DNA of 64,000 bases from a bacterium (GTDB lineage Bacteria > Bacteroidota > Bacteroidia > NS11-12g > UBA955): contig JAQSCZ010000120.1 of NCBI GenBank assembly GCA_029945665.1, forward strand, positions 1,618-65,617, read 5' to 3'. The notes under the pieces are model-generated. The model saw only the letters and a list, made by a program, of their open reading frames with translations, made no database searches and was not told the DNA's origin. Shown here one piece after another: positions 48,279 through 59,126 of this stretch (position 1 is the stretch's first letter; each line of letters begins with the position of its first letter). Both the position numbers and the translations under genes were made by a program.

Positions 48279-49140
48279 ATTAGCCATCGAAGAGACCAAC
48301 TTAAAAATGGCGATTCATTTTCAGAAAATAAAGCTTTATTAAATTTCTTCAAGGGCATTCTCTATAGATACTTTTAGATTTGTGAGAACGTTGAGAGTAT
48401 GTTTCGTTTCATATTTATCTCTTCTTTTCAAAAGTTTCAGTCTTATTGAAAAAAATAGAATTAAATTAGAATTTGTCATTTGATTTCAGAGGCATCAATC
48501 AGCCCAAAAGTCTTATCAATTGGCATTTTGTACTAACAAATACAATTTCAAAAGCAGTATTTTTTGGATGTCCTATTCATCCAAAACCAATTGACAATTA
48601 CGAAGAAGGGCTGACACTTGCTTAAAAAAGGGTAAAGGTAGAACCATTTATAAACTATAGTCAGAATTCAACTAAGTTAGCCATCTTATACCTTATTGAA
48701 AAACGAAAGAAAAGTATCAATCAAAAAATATAACAATAATGACTTTAGACGCTCTCAACGTGCTAAAATATTCACTAATTTAGACTATTTTTCCTAATTG
48801 TTTATAATACTTTTAATTGTTTCATCGATTCATTCTTTCAATTTGGGAAATAATTGCGTCATCAAATTTGATGGTGCTGTTATCACATCATTTAAAGCAG
48901 AATCAACCTGGCAATCGAATTAAATTATTAAAAGTTTTAAATTTTTTTAGCGATAGTTTTTAGTTCCTTGTTACTTTTGTTAAATATACATGGCATAATG
49001 TAAATTCTTTGATAGCGCAGAAACACTAAATACTATTATCCAAAGGCAATAAGAGATGAATTTTAATATTTAATTTAAACTCAAACCAAACCTTCTAATA
49101 AATTGTTAAAAATATACAGTTTGAATAATAAAGTACAATA

Positions 49141-49788
49141 ATGAAATTAAAACACCAGGCAGACATAAACGTTCTGATGTCAACTTATAATACCCCTTTC
49201 CACATGGTCAAAAGAGCCATTGATTCTGTATTAACCCAAGATTTTCAAAATTTTGAGTTACTAATTCTCGATGATGGAAGTGATTTTCATACAAGTATTA
49301 AGTTGCTTGAATATGTTCAGAATCTTGATAATAGAATTAGCTATGTATGGCATAAAAATAGAGGACAATCTGAGAGCATCAATCGGGGCATCCTGCTTTG
49401 CAGTAGTGCTTTTATAAGTATTATTGATGCCGACGACGAATATTTGCCAAATCACTTGTCAACATGCCTAGAATCGATGGATATATATGATTTGATAGCA
49501 ACCCATACGGATACGATTGTTAATGATTACGAAGATTATTATGTGCCAGATAAACACGACAACAATAATAACATTCATGTGGACGATTGTATTTTGTTTG
49601 CCACACTTTTTGGTAAAACCGCAGTTTTCAAAGAAAATATTTTCAAAAATAAATATTCGGCCGACAGTGATTTCTTTGAACAGGTATCAAAAATTTACAA
49701 AGTTGCAAAAATACCTTCGCGCACTTACAAATATTACCGGAATCATATAAATAGTATTACATCTAACATGAAATTAAATAATGCTTGA
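49141..49788 (+). CDS. Glycosyltransferase family 2
   Basis: VLMSTYN, ILDDGS, NRG, IDADD. Confidence 0.9.
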   Translation: MKLKHQADINVLMSTYNTPFHMVKRAIDSVLTQDFQNFELLILDDGSDFHTSIKLLEYVQNLDNRISYVWHKNRGQSESINRGILLCSSAFISIIDADDEYLPNHLSTCLESMDIYDLIATHTDTIVNDYEDYYVPDKHDNNNNIHVDDCILFATLFGKTAVFKENIFKNKYSADSDFFEQVSKIYKVAKIPSRTYKYYRNHINSITSNMKLNNA

Positions 49789-50545
49789 AAATGCGACTCC
49801 TAAAAGTTCTGCAAATTTTATTTTTGCTTCAATTCTTACTGGGGTTTATGATGTAAATAGGAACGAAAACTTGCAACACGATGATTTTTCTATTGTAGAA
49901 AAATGGGTTTCTTCGATTGTAAAACTAAAACTCAATGGTATACTTTTTCATAATACTTTTTCAAAAGAAACCGTTGACAATTATGCTAATAAATACGTAC
50001 AGTTTGTCAATGTAGAATATAACAAGGAACTAAATCCCAACATATACCGATATTATATCTACCAAGACTATATTTCAAAGAACTTACAAAACATTAATAA
50101 CCTATTTGTTACTGATGTTTCCGATGTTGAAGTCGTCGCCAATCCTTTTGAGAGTCCTCTTTTTAAAGAAAATCCAAACCGTTTATTTTGTGGAGATGAA
50201 CCAGAAATTTTAGACAATGAATGGATGCGTAATCACTGCAACCATCTCAGAGATTCAATGCCAGAATTTCGAAATTTCGAAGCCCTAAATCAGTATAAAA
50301 CCCTGTTAAATTGTGGTATTATAGGAGCCAATATCAATGTTATGAAAGATCTATTTGATAAAATGCTGGGGATCCATGATGCATTTTCATATTCAAATAG
50401 CACAGATTACACACTGGATATGGGCGTTTTTAACTATGTTGCACGCACCCATTTTGGGCAAAATTTATTCCATGGCGAGCCTGTAAATACTTGTTTTAAA
50501 AATTACGAAATCCATAGAACGGACTGTTGGTTTAGGCACAAATAA
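49781..50545 (+). CDS. Hypothetical protein, possibly GT-A-like
   Basis: Overlaps the GT2 gene by 8 nt; TDVSDV, LLNCGIIG, DMGVFNY. Confidence 0.65.
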   Translation: MLENATPKSSANFIFASILTGVYDVNRNENLQHDDFSIVEKWVSSIVKLKLNGILFHNTFSKETVDNYANKYVQFVNVEYNKELNPNIYRYYIYQDYISKNLQNINNLFVTDVSDVEVVANPFESPLFKENPNRLFCGDEPEILDNEWMRNHCNHLRDSMPEFRNFEALNQYKTLLNCGIIGANINVMKDLFDKMLGIHDAFSYSNSTDYTLDMGVFNYVARTHFGQNLFHGEPVNTCFKNYEIHRTDCWFRHK

Positions 50546-50572
50546 AAATTAATAGAATCTACTTCTTCTTGC

Positions 50573-51529
50573 CTAGCGATTGCGCAGTCTTTCTTTTACA
50601 TACTTTTCTACGGCAGCCTTACTTGTATACCAATTTTTACCTTCCTTATAAGCATCTATTTTGCCTCTACGAGCCAACAAGCTAATATATTCTGGACCAT
50701 AAGGCATTTTTTCTTCCTCCACCAAATTGGCAATCGAAGAATAATCATCGGGACTGTTGGGCATGGCATTGATATAAATATTCAATGTTCTTTCTAAGGC
50801 TTGACACATTAATAACAATAATTTTTGATAATTTCCATTATTGGCTTGATTCAAGGCATCATAGTATTTTTTTCTATCATTTTTAAGGATAATAGCGGGA
50901 GGAAATCCCGAACGCATCAATAATAGATTCATTACCAAGCGGACTGTTCGTCCGTTGCCGTCTAGAAAAGGGTGTATCCAAACAAAGCGATGGTGAAACA
51001 CAGTAGCCAATTCAATAGTATTCAGACCTTGTGGATTATGCTTTACATATTCAATTAATTCATCGAGCAAATCTGGCACTTTTCGGGCATTGGGAGGTAC
51101 AAAATTGGCTCCAGTAATACGCACAGCTGAATTTCTTAATTGGCCAGCACAATGATCTTCAATGCTATTGAGCACAATTTTATGTAACGATACAATATCT
51201 CCAGCATTCAATGCATAATTGGGCTTTAAAAGCCTATAAAGATAATCAATTGCTTTGGCGTGATTATGTGCTTCGAAATGTTCGCGTAAAGATTTCCCAT
51301 GAACCGTAAGGCCGTCTTCTAAAATGACCTTGGTTTCATTTAAGGTCAATGTATTGCCCTCTATGCTATTTGAATTATAGGTCCATTCTATAGCAAGCGT
51401 TTCTTTTATTTTCTCCAGCGCAATAGATGAAAGTGGTCTTCCTTTTTCTAGTGTTGTTTTCTTATCATCTATGCGCCTATATATGGCTTGCAATCCTTGT
51501 CTTTCATCTAAATTAAATTCCAACATCAC
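50573..51529 (-). CDS. Fic-family protein with N-terminal inhibitory motif and C-terminal HTH-like domain
   Basis: HPFLDGNGRTVR; SNSIEGN. Confidence 0.93.
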   Translation of the reverse strand: MMLEFNLDERQGLQAIYRRIDDKKTTLEKGRPLSSIALEKIKETLAIEWTYNSNSIEGNTLTLNETKVILEDGLTVHGKSLREHFEAHNHAKAIDYLYRLLKPNYALNAGDIVSLHKIVLNSIEDHCAGQLRNSAVRITGANFVPPNARKVPDLLDELIEYVKHNPQGLNTIELATVFHHRFVWIHPFLDGNGRTVRLVMNLLLMRSGFPPAIILKNDRKKYYDALNQANNGNYQKLLLLMCQALERTLNIYINAMPNSPDDYSSIANLVEEEKMPYGPEYISLLARRGKIDAYKEGKNWYTSKAAVEKYVKERLRNR

Positions 51530-51688
51530 ACGAAATTACAATAATATTTTAATATCGTTTATATATAAATAATATTATACCGATATTAACTTTGAATTTA
51601 TCCTAATTAAGTGACTATTGAATATCCAAATTAATGTCATCATAATAATCTCGGCGTGCCCAATAAAAAATACTAACTTTGCGCTACC

Positions 51689-52255
51689 ATGCAAATCATT
51701 AAACAACATTTCGAAGAAGCAAAAAGTGTATTAACTACTTTTTTGGCCAATGAAAACAATTTCCTAACCATAGAGAGAGCCGCAGCAGCCATGGTAGAAA
51801 GCGTAAGGAATGGTGGTAAAATATTGAGTTGTGGCAATGGTGGCAGCATGTGCGATGCTATGCATTTTGCAGAAGAATTAACTGGTCGCTACAGAAATGA
51901 TAGACCAGCGATGCCTGCTATTTCAATTTCCGACCCGAGCCATATCAGCTGTGTGGGTAACGACTATGGCTACGAATTTATTTTCTCCCGCTATATTGAG
52001 GCTTTGGGTCAAAAGGGCGATGTATTGTTAGCCATTAGTACCAGTGGCAATTCAAAAAATATTTTAAGAGGCATTGAAGCCGCGAAAGAAAAAGGCATGG
52101 TTATTATAGGTTTGACTGGAAAAGACGGTGGTGCCATGGCCGAACTATGTGATTTGGAAATACGTGCCCCTTTTTCTGAATATGCCGATCGCGCCCAAGA
52201 GATTCACATTAAAGTAATCCATAGTCTTATCGATTGTATCGAGAGAAATTATTAA
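51689..52255 (+). CDS. gmhA: Sedoheptulose-7-phosphate isomerase
   Basis: CGNGGS, NDYG, STSGNS, QEIH; TAACTTTG at 51674-51681. Confidence 0.95.
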   Translation: MQIIKQHFEEAKSVLTTFLANENNFLTIERAAAAMVESVRNGGKILSCGNGGSMCDAMHFAEELTGRYRNDRPAMPAISISDPSHISCVGNDYGYEFIFSRYIEALGQKGDVLLAISTSGNSKNILRGIEAAKEKGMVIIGLTGKDGGAMAELCDLEIRAPFSEYADRAQEIHIKVIHSLIDCIERNY

Positions 52256-54789
52256 AAATTTCCTGCTACCACACAACTTATTTTATCTTTAATTACATCG
52301 CCCGAAGGATGGGTACTTTCTATCATTACAATGTATACCCCTATTGCAGCCTTTTGCTGGTTATAATCTGTGCCATTCCAACTTAAAAAGCCTGCGGTTC
52401 CAAGAGTTACATTATTTACCCATTGTTGTATCAATCTGCCTTCTAAATCATAAATGTGAATGGTCGTTGCATAATCTGCTTGAGGTAGTTGATAGTTTAA
52501 AATCAAGACATCTTGGTAGCCATCATCATCTGGCGAAACAGTTGTGTTCTGTAAACTAAAATATTGCCCGACTCCATGTATACCAACACTTTGAGAGTTC
52601 ACATAACCAGGTGTAGCAAACCCTGCAACCGAAGCCGCACTGTGCCAATTGTCTTTGGCTTGACTTAAGTTAATAAAACTTATTCGCTCCAAACTCACTC
52701 CTTCTTTGTCCGAAAGCAAAGGAAAATGCCAATCATCTAAATACACCAAACTATCTATTACTTGTCCTTTGATATTGAGCAAGATAATATTACCTTCAGT
52801 ATCAGGCATACTTGGCATTTTATTATAATTCAACAATAAAGCATCTGCATTTTTGCAATTATAATTCAAACATACCTTTGCTACATTTTCGCTTATTAAA
52901 AGATACTGATTGGGCTTTAATATTAATGGAACAGCGCTCAACTTTTCTATGCTTTTAAACTGCTGCTGTTCGTCATAAACTGCGATAAAATGTTTACTCA
53001 AATCAATGGCTTTACGACTGTTATTGTACAATTCAATAAAATCATAACCGCCACTTTTGGGATTGAATAATACTTCATTAAATATAAGCTCATTTCTGTC
53101 TGCCATGGAGGGCCATTGCAATTCAAATTGACTATTCATTATCGCATTTCCAGAACAATCTTTAACCCCAGAGAATGTAAATAGATAAATACTATCACCC
53201 GATGGTTTAAAATCAATCAACCAATCCATACCACTATAATTATTCACGAGCTTAGTTTGCTTGACTGAACAAATCCTACCATTCCTAAAAAGCGTAAAAT
53301 CCTGTGAATGTATGCTGTCAATTTCCTCATCAAATAAAAGTCGAATCATAGAATCATTTAAAGCAACAATCGCTGTAATTTGAGGGGCCTGAAAATCGAT
53401 TCCTCCCATACCTGTAACTGAATTAAGAAAACCTGGCGTGCCTCCATTTTTATCGATACTAGCCATCCAATTTGAACCACCAATACACATGTTCTTAGTA
53501 TTGATCATCTCGAGACTCCAACCCCCATTTTGCTTTTTACTATCGCGGTACCAAGCATCTGTATAAGTTAGTTCATGTATGGTTTCCCCCCTTTGATTGC
53601 TCAACCAAATATGATCACCTGCATTGTTAAGCGAAGGTATATTATATAAAACGATCACCGAATCTGGGGCCAATATCAAATTGGGTAGTGGCTTTGAACC
53701 GGTACCATCGTCAATATTGCAGCCTTTCAATTGAATATACTTTTGACTCACATTGGTAATCTCAATGTATTCTTTATCGGGTAATCCCACCATTGGATTG
53801 GGGTCGGGCATTAATTCCGTAATTAGTAATTGATAAAAACTTGCAGTATCTGGATTCGAATAGTAAAATGATTGTAGTATACTTTTCATTGTGTTATTAG
53901 AAGTATCTTTCACATTTTCTATTTTCAAATACTGCTTACTATTATCACTGAAATTATTGCTAAAATTTAACAGAACAGAACGATTGCTTTGGTAAGTTAT
54001 AGATTGAGGGTGAACCGAATTTGAGGTTATGGTATAATTAAGCAAATCAACCAAGCTATTGCTATCGCAATCTTCATTAAACACACAGCGCAATTGTCTC
54101 GGACCTACGAAAACAAAGCTATCCATGACAGGTGGCACAGTATCTCTAATAATTTGACCAAAATACAAATTATCGAAAAAATGCTTATTGACAAAACTGG
54201 CAGTGCTCTGTTTAATTCGCAACCCAATATAATTTGAAACTAATATATCGGAGTCTAAAGCTAAACCTTCGGTAATTAATAGTCCACCCAATATTGCACT
54301 GCGCTGCAATATAAACGAATGGTCTTTTAATCGTTTTACAATAAGTGTGTATTGATTTAAACTTTTATTCAGAGTATTATCTAAGCCATCAATGATTTTA
54401 GTTTCTATACCATTTTTAGTTTTGAATAATGAGATTTCATCAGTAGTTCCTCCCATTCGAACAAAATAACCATTCTTCATTTTTAAAAGATTAAGAGAAT
54501 CTGATAAAAGAATAAAATCAACATAATTTAATGAAGAGGTGTTGAATAACAAATATGCATCTATTCTCCATTCACTTTGAACAAGCGCTTTGGCTTGGGT
54601 GCTAATATAAAATGAGGAATTTAAAGCGCTGCAATTACTTCGAAGTTTTTGCTGGGCAGTTAAAAAATTATTTAATTGCCCTTCCCATTTTGGAGTAATA
54701 TTTAAATCGGAATCGTCAAAATTATCTGTAATTTGAGCATACCCCAATTGGGCCATCAATAGGCATAAAAGAATAAGTGGTGTTTTCAT
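52252..54789 (-). CDS. Lamin-tail-domain surface protein with a T9SS type B (gliding-motility) CTD
   Basis: [13 protein letters not shown] and [13 protein letters not shown] lamin-tail motifs, GTPG..NS; SPDDDG..D...IYD..G...W.G tail. Confidence 0.82.
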   Translation of the reverse strand: MKTPLILLCLLMAQLGYAQITDNFDDSDLNITPKWEGQLNNFLTAQQKLRSNCSALNSSFYISTQAKALVQSEWRIDAYLLFNTSSLNYVDFILLSDSLNLLKMKNGYFVRMGGTTDEISLFKTKNGIETKIIDGLDNTLNKSLNQYTLIVKRLKDHSFILQRSAILGGLLITEGLALDSDILVSNYIGLRIKQSTASFVNKHFFDNLYFGQIIRDTVPPVMDSFVFVGPRQLRCVFNEDCDSNSLVDLLNYTITSNSVHPQSITYQSNRSVLLNFSNNFSDNSKQYLKIENVKDTSNNTMKSILQSFYYSNPDTASFYQLLITELMPDPNPMVGLPDKEYIEITNVSQKYIQLKGCNIDDGTGSKPLPNLILAPDSVIVLYNIPSLNNAGDHIWLSNQRGETIHELTYTDAWYRDSKKQNGGWSLEMINTKNMCIGGSNWMASIDKNGGTPGFLNSVTGMGGIDFQAPQITAIVALNDSMIRLLFDEEIDSIHSQDFTLFRNGRICSVKQTKLVNNYSGMDWLIDFKPSGDSIYLFTFSGVKDCSGNAIMNSQFELQWPSMADRNELIFNEVLFNPKSGGYDFIELYNNSRKAIDLSKHFIAVYDEQQQFKSIEKLSAVPLILKPNQYLLISENVAKVCLNYNCKNADALLLNYNKMPSMPDTEGNIILLNIKGQVIDSLVYLDDWHFPLLSDKEGVSLERISFINLSQAKDNWHSAASVAGFATPGYVNSQSVGIHGVGQYFSLQNTTVSPDDDGYQDVLILNYQLPQADYATTIHIYDLEGRLIQQWVNNVTLGTAGFLSWNGTDYNQQKAAIGVYIVMIESTHPSGDVIKDKISCVVAGNF

Positions 54790-54879
54790 ATAGTTTCACA
54801 ATCGTTTTAGTTAATTGAAACCATGTATCTAGAAACAGATAATGCCGTTTTATTTCATTATGCTGTTGGAATTAAAGCT

Positions 54880-55464
54880 TTACTTTTCTACTTTTTTAAT
54901 AATTTTTTTTAGATTTTCAAACTTTAAAGGTTCCCTATCTTTGATATTGGTTTTTGTAAAATAATGGTGGGCAGTAAGGAATTTAATTTGCAAATGGTTC
55001 CAAGACATTTCGTCTTTGACAACACCGATGTGCAATAATTCTTCATATAAATAATCACCTATTACAAAAAAATCATCTCTGCCCAGATAATCCAGATCTG
55101 CATCGCATATAATTTCTTCTAATTTGGTTTTAGGTTTTTGTGGCACTTTAGTCGCCATGATTAAACCTTCGATTATTTTTATTTGTGCCGGGGTATACTC
55201 ATACTGTGATAAAACTTCTCTAGCTATTTCACAACCTTTTTCCTCATGATTGGTATAGGTAGACAAGAAGCCACAATCATGATAAATGGCGGCAGTTTCT
55301 AATAATTCTAAATCTTCTTGATCAAAAACCCCTTCGCTCTTAGCAATTCGCATCGCTTGAACTTTCACGTCTCTAACATGAGAAACTGAATGGTATAGTA
55401 AATATTCAGGCAGATTGACCTTCAATTTTTCTAGGATATGTTTAATGGCCCCTTTTACTTGCAT
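54880..55464 (-). CDS. HD-domain phosphohydrolase
   Basis: YHSVSH, AAIYHDCG, HEEKG, CDADLDYLG. Confidence 0.88.
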   Translation of the reverse strand: MQVKGAIKHILEKLKVNLPEYLLYHSVSHVRDVKVQAMRIAKSEGVFDQEDLELLETAAIYHDCGFLSTYTNHEEKGCEIAREVLSQYEYTPAQIKIIEGLIMATKVPQKPKTKLEEIICDADLDYLGRDDFFVIGDYLYEELLHIGVVKDEMSWNHLQIKFLTAHHYFTKTNIKDREPLKFENLKKIIKKVEK

Positions 55465-55475
55465 TAAAAAAAATG

Positions 55476-56987
55476 TTAAAGTTCAAAAATACGATTTAAA
55501 TAATACATATCAATTTCGCCTTTATTTTTAGCCTCTACTTTTCCACGATAGGTATACTCAATTTTGGTTAACACCTCCTTAAAAGTACTTCCAGAGAGGT
55601 TAATTTTGCCAGGTTCGCAGTTTTGTTCCATACGCGCTGCTGTATTAACAGTATCGCCCCAGATATCAAAGGCAAATTTTTTGGCACCTACAATACCAGC
55701 TACCAAAGGACCTGTATGTATTCCTATACGAATATCAAAAAACGGTTGATTTTCCTTTCTCTTAATCTCTATCAAATCTTTAATAAAGTCCTGAATTTCA
55801 GTCGCTGCCCTTAAAACATTCATTGGATTATGGGTGGTTGTATCCGGCAAACCACTCACACATAAATAGGCATCTCCTATGGTTTTAATTTTCTCGAGTT
55901 CGTTGCGTTCCATAATTTCATCGAATGCTCGGAAAATAAAATCAATATCTTCTACCAGTTTCTTGGGAGTTACCAATTCACTAATTTTTGTAAAATCTTT
56001 GAAATCAGTAAACATGACGGTCACCTTATCAAAGTACCTCGACTCATACTTGCCGGTTCTTTTTAGTTCCTCTGCAACCTCTTGCGGCAATATATTCAAC
56101 AATAAGTCATCACTTCTTTTCTTTTCATTTTCAATTTCTCCATTCTTCTGCATCAATAAGTCTTGTATACCCTTTTTAACAGTGTACATTCTATAGAAAA
56201 AAGCTGCAAGTACAATGAAACCGCTTATTCCAAGAATTAATAAATAATTAATTAAGGTTTGTTTCTCTATCTCATTGTTGGCCAGCTCTTCGTTCTGTTT
56301 GGTAATTGCTAAAGAGTCTTCTATCACTTTGGCTTGTAATTTCTGGGTTTCCAATTCCTGCATAGTTAAAAACAACTGTGTATTGGCTGAATTTATGGTT
56401 TGGTTTTGTATACTAATGGTTTGGCGTTTATTCTCAATATCCAACTGCTTGCGTTGTATTTCTAGCTTTCTTCTTTCTAACTCAGATTTACTAATTGTTT
56501 TATCATTTTCAAGATTAACAATCTCATCCATTTTTCGCTTCAACTCTTCTTGCTCCCTTTGAAGTTGCTCTTGCTGCTGCCTAATAACCTTTTCTTTTTC
56601 TATTTTCTCAAGCCTTTCCTTCTCATCCCTTTCATAATTAATCTCTTCGAGTTTTGCCTGTGAATTGATGGCTTTCACTTTATACTTAGCCGAGAGCATC
56701 GGTTTACCGGCATCGCGGTATAGTAATTCTAAAGCCTTATACGACTTATATTTACCATATTCATATTTTGCCTTTTCTGCCAAATCCATGGCTGACAATA
56801 CCGTTTCAACAGCTCTTTGGTAGTCCTTTTTTTCTTCAAAAGCTTTAGCATCTAACAATAATTTATTAATTTTTGCTGAATCTTCGACCGTTAAAGTGCG
56901 AATATTTCCAAAAACCATGGCTTTTGAAACCATTGGCAACATAAGCAGTAAAAGGCAAGTAAGAAAATAGATTTTAATTTGCTTCAT
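55476..56987 (-). CDS. Membrane-anchored class III adenylate/guanylate cyclase
   Basis: VMFTDFKDFT, KIKTIGDAY, DIWGDTVNTAARME; periplasmic TPR-like helices and coiled coil, one TM helix. Confidence 0.93.
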   Translation of the reverse strand: MKQIKIYFLTCLLLLMLPMVSKAMVFGNIRTLTVEDSAKINKLLLDAKAFEEKKDYQRAVETVLSAMDLAEKAKYEYGKYKSYKALELLYRDAGKPMLSAKYKVKAINSQAKLEEINYERDEKERLEKIEKEKVIRQQQEQLQREQEELKRKMDEIVNLENDKTISKSELERRKLEIQRKQLDIENKRQTISIQNQTINSANTQLFLTMQELETQKLQAKVIEDSLAITKQNEELANNEIEKQTLINYLLILGISGFIVLAAFFYRMYTVKKGIQDLLMQKNGEIENEKKRSDDLLLNILPQEVAEELKRTGKYESRYFDKVTVMFTDFKDFTKISELVTPKKLVEDIDFIFRAFDEIMERNELEKIKTIGDAYLCVSGLPDTTTHNPMNVLRAATEIQDFIKDLIEIKRKENQPFFDIRIGIHTGPLVAGIVGAKKFAFDIWGDTVNTAARMEQNCEPGKINLSGSTFKEVLTKIEYTYRGKVEAKNKGEIDMYYLNRIFEL

Positions 56988-57118
56988 TTTTCAATCATTA
57001 GTATATCTTTAACAAACACATTGTAAAAGAAACTAATTTTATTTGAAAAACAAAATATCCCTAACCTATTAGCCGAAGTAAAAAAATTTACAGGTATAAA
57101 TATTTAGAAATTAACCAC

Positions 57119-58960
57119 TTAAACTAATTGCAAATTGCTAAGATTTTGATAAATACCATTTTCTAATAGTATCAGCTCCTGGTGTTTTCCTTGCTCGGCA
57201 ATTACACCCTTATCAATAACAATAATATTATCCGCATTGCGAATGGTACTTAGGCGGTGTGCAATCACAATACTGGTGCGGTTCTGCATCAAATCTTCCA
57301 AGGCCTCTTGAACCAATAATTCACTTTCACTATCCAAAGCACTAGTAGCCTCATCCAATACCAAAATGGCAGGATTCTTTAATATAGCTCGCGCAATAGC
57401 GATTCGTTGCCTTTGTCCACCTGATAATTGTATACCCCTTTCTCCAACAATTGTTTCGAATTTTTCCGGGAATGATTCAATGAATTGAAGCGCATTGGCC
57501 CGTTTAGCAGCCTCTACAACAGCTTCTTTATCTGCCTTTGGATCGCCGTATAAGATATTTTCATAAATGGTTCCTCCAAATAATATCACATCCTGAGGCA
57601 CGTATGCAATCTGACTTCTTAAATATTTTAAATCATAGTCATTGGCATTTTTGTTATCAATTAAAATGCTTCCACCATCGGGCTGATAGAATTTTAATAT
57701 AAGCGCTGCAATGGTACTTTTACCCCCGCCACTACTGCCGACAATAGCAATTTGCTCGCCTTGCTTAGCCGTAAAACTAATATCCTTTAGCACTTGCACT
57801 TCTTTTCTGCTTGGATAACTAAATGCGACATTCGAAAAAACTATTTCACCACTTAATCTTGGAAGCGAGGAATCCAATTCTCCATTAATCTCTTCTCCAT
57901 CCATGGCCATTAATTCGCGCACTCTTTGGGTTGATCCAATGGTCTTTTGCAACTGCCCAAACATATCTGCAAAACCACCCAAGGTTCCGCCAACAAAAAT
58001 ACTGTAGATTACAAAACTAATTAGTAACCCTACCTCCATTGTATGCGCCAATACCATGCCTGCACCATACCAAACAACAAAACCGATGGCCCCAAATACA
58101 GAAAAAATAATGAATGAAATAAAGAAACCTCTATAAACACCACTTCTTAAAGCAAACTCAATCAAGCCATCAATATTTTTTCCATACCGTTGGCGTTCAA
58201 TCGATTCTCCCGTAAATGCTTTTACAACACTTATGCCTTGCAGGGTTTCCTGAACCACATTGCTACTTTCCGCCAACATATCCGTTTCCCTACGGCTCAT
58301 TTTTTTAATCTTAGCGCCAAAAAAAACAGCACTTATGGCAATTAAAGGCACAATTGAAAGCATGATTAGCGCCAATTTCCAAGAGATTACAAAAATAAAA
58401 CTTAAGCCTATAATTAAAGTGAGTAAGCCTCTTAAAAATTCGGCCAATACAAATGAAATAGTATCTTGAATTTGACCTGTATCAGCAGAAATTCTACTGC
58501 TTAAATCACCCACTCTTTGGCTACTAAAAAATGACATAGGCAATGAAATAATTTTGCTGTAAAGATTCTTTCGTAAATCGGCAGTAGCACTTGTTCCCGC
58601 TTTCGTTAACAGATACACTCTCATGAATGAAAATACAGTTTGCAGTGATAGTTGAATAAAAATTAAAAGTAGCACAAAATTTAAAGACCAATGTGCTTTT
58701 AACAAACCATTACCCGTATTTATGTTACTGAGGCCAGGCATATTAGCACTTGCATTGGATCCACTTACTGCATCGATCATTTTCCCCATTAAAAACGGAA
58801 AAGCCATCGTGCTAAAGGCAGAAAGAGAAATAAAAATCAAGCCTCCAATGAAATATTTTCTGTGTGGTCTTAAATATTTAAAAAGAAATTTAAATTCTGA
58901 AAGTGAATCCTTTGTTAGTTTTACCTTAGGTAAATCGCGGTCTTGCCTCGGTCCGGCCAT
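57119..58960 (-). CDS. ABC exporter, fused permease/ATPase
   Basis: GSSGGGKS, LSGGQRQR, LVLDEATS. Confidence 0.93.
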   Translation of the reverse strand: MAGPRQDRDLPKVKLTKDSLSEFKFLFKYLRPHRKYFIGGLIFISLSAFSTMAFPFLMGKMIDAVSGSNASANMPGLSNINTGNGLLKAHWSLNFVLLLIFIQLSLQTVFSFMRVYLLTKAGTSATADLRKNLYSKIISLPMSFFSSQRVGDLSSRISADTGQIQDTISFVLAEFLRGLLTLIIGLSFIFVISWKLALIMLSIVPLIAISAVFFGAKIKKMSRRETDMLAESSNVVQETLQGISVVKAFTGESIERQRYGKNIDGLIEFALRSGVYRGFFISFIIFSVFGAIGFVVWYGAGMVLAHTMEVGLLISFVIYSIFVGGTLGGFADMFGQLQKTIGSTQRVRELMAMDGEEINGELDSSLPRLSGEIVFSNVAFSYPSRKEVQVLKDISFTAKQGEQIAIVGSSGGGKSTIAALILKFYQPDGGSILIDNKNANDYDLKYLRSQIAYVPQDVILFGGTIYENILYGDPKADKEAVVEAAKRANALQFIESFPEKFETIVGERGIQLSGGQRQRIAIARAILKNPAILVLDEATSALDSESELLVQEALEDLMQNRTSIVIAHRLSTIRNADNIIVIDKGVIAEQGKHQELILLENGIYQNLSNLQLV

Positions 58961-59126
58961 TGTATTAAAATTTAGTTGCGAAAATAGCTATTTGTATTTA
59001 GTTTAAATTAAAATTTTATTGATTTAGACATAGACCACATCTTTTTCCCTGAGAACCCATTGAACAGGATATAATTATCTTGAAAAACCTTGTTAAAAAA
59101 TCATTCTTATTAACTATTTTTGAAAA

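Noticed and set aside
54880-56987. Pycsar or CBASS anti-phage system
   Set aside because: The cyclase has ATP-specifying residues and a receptor-like architecture, and no cNMP-binding effector is adjacent
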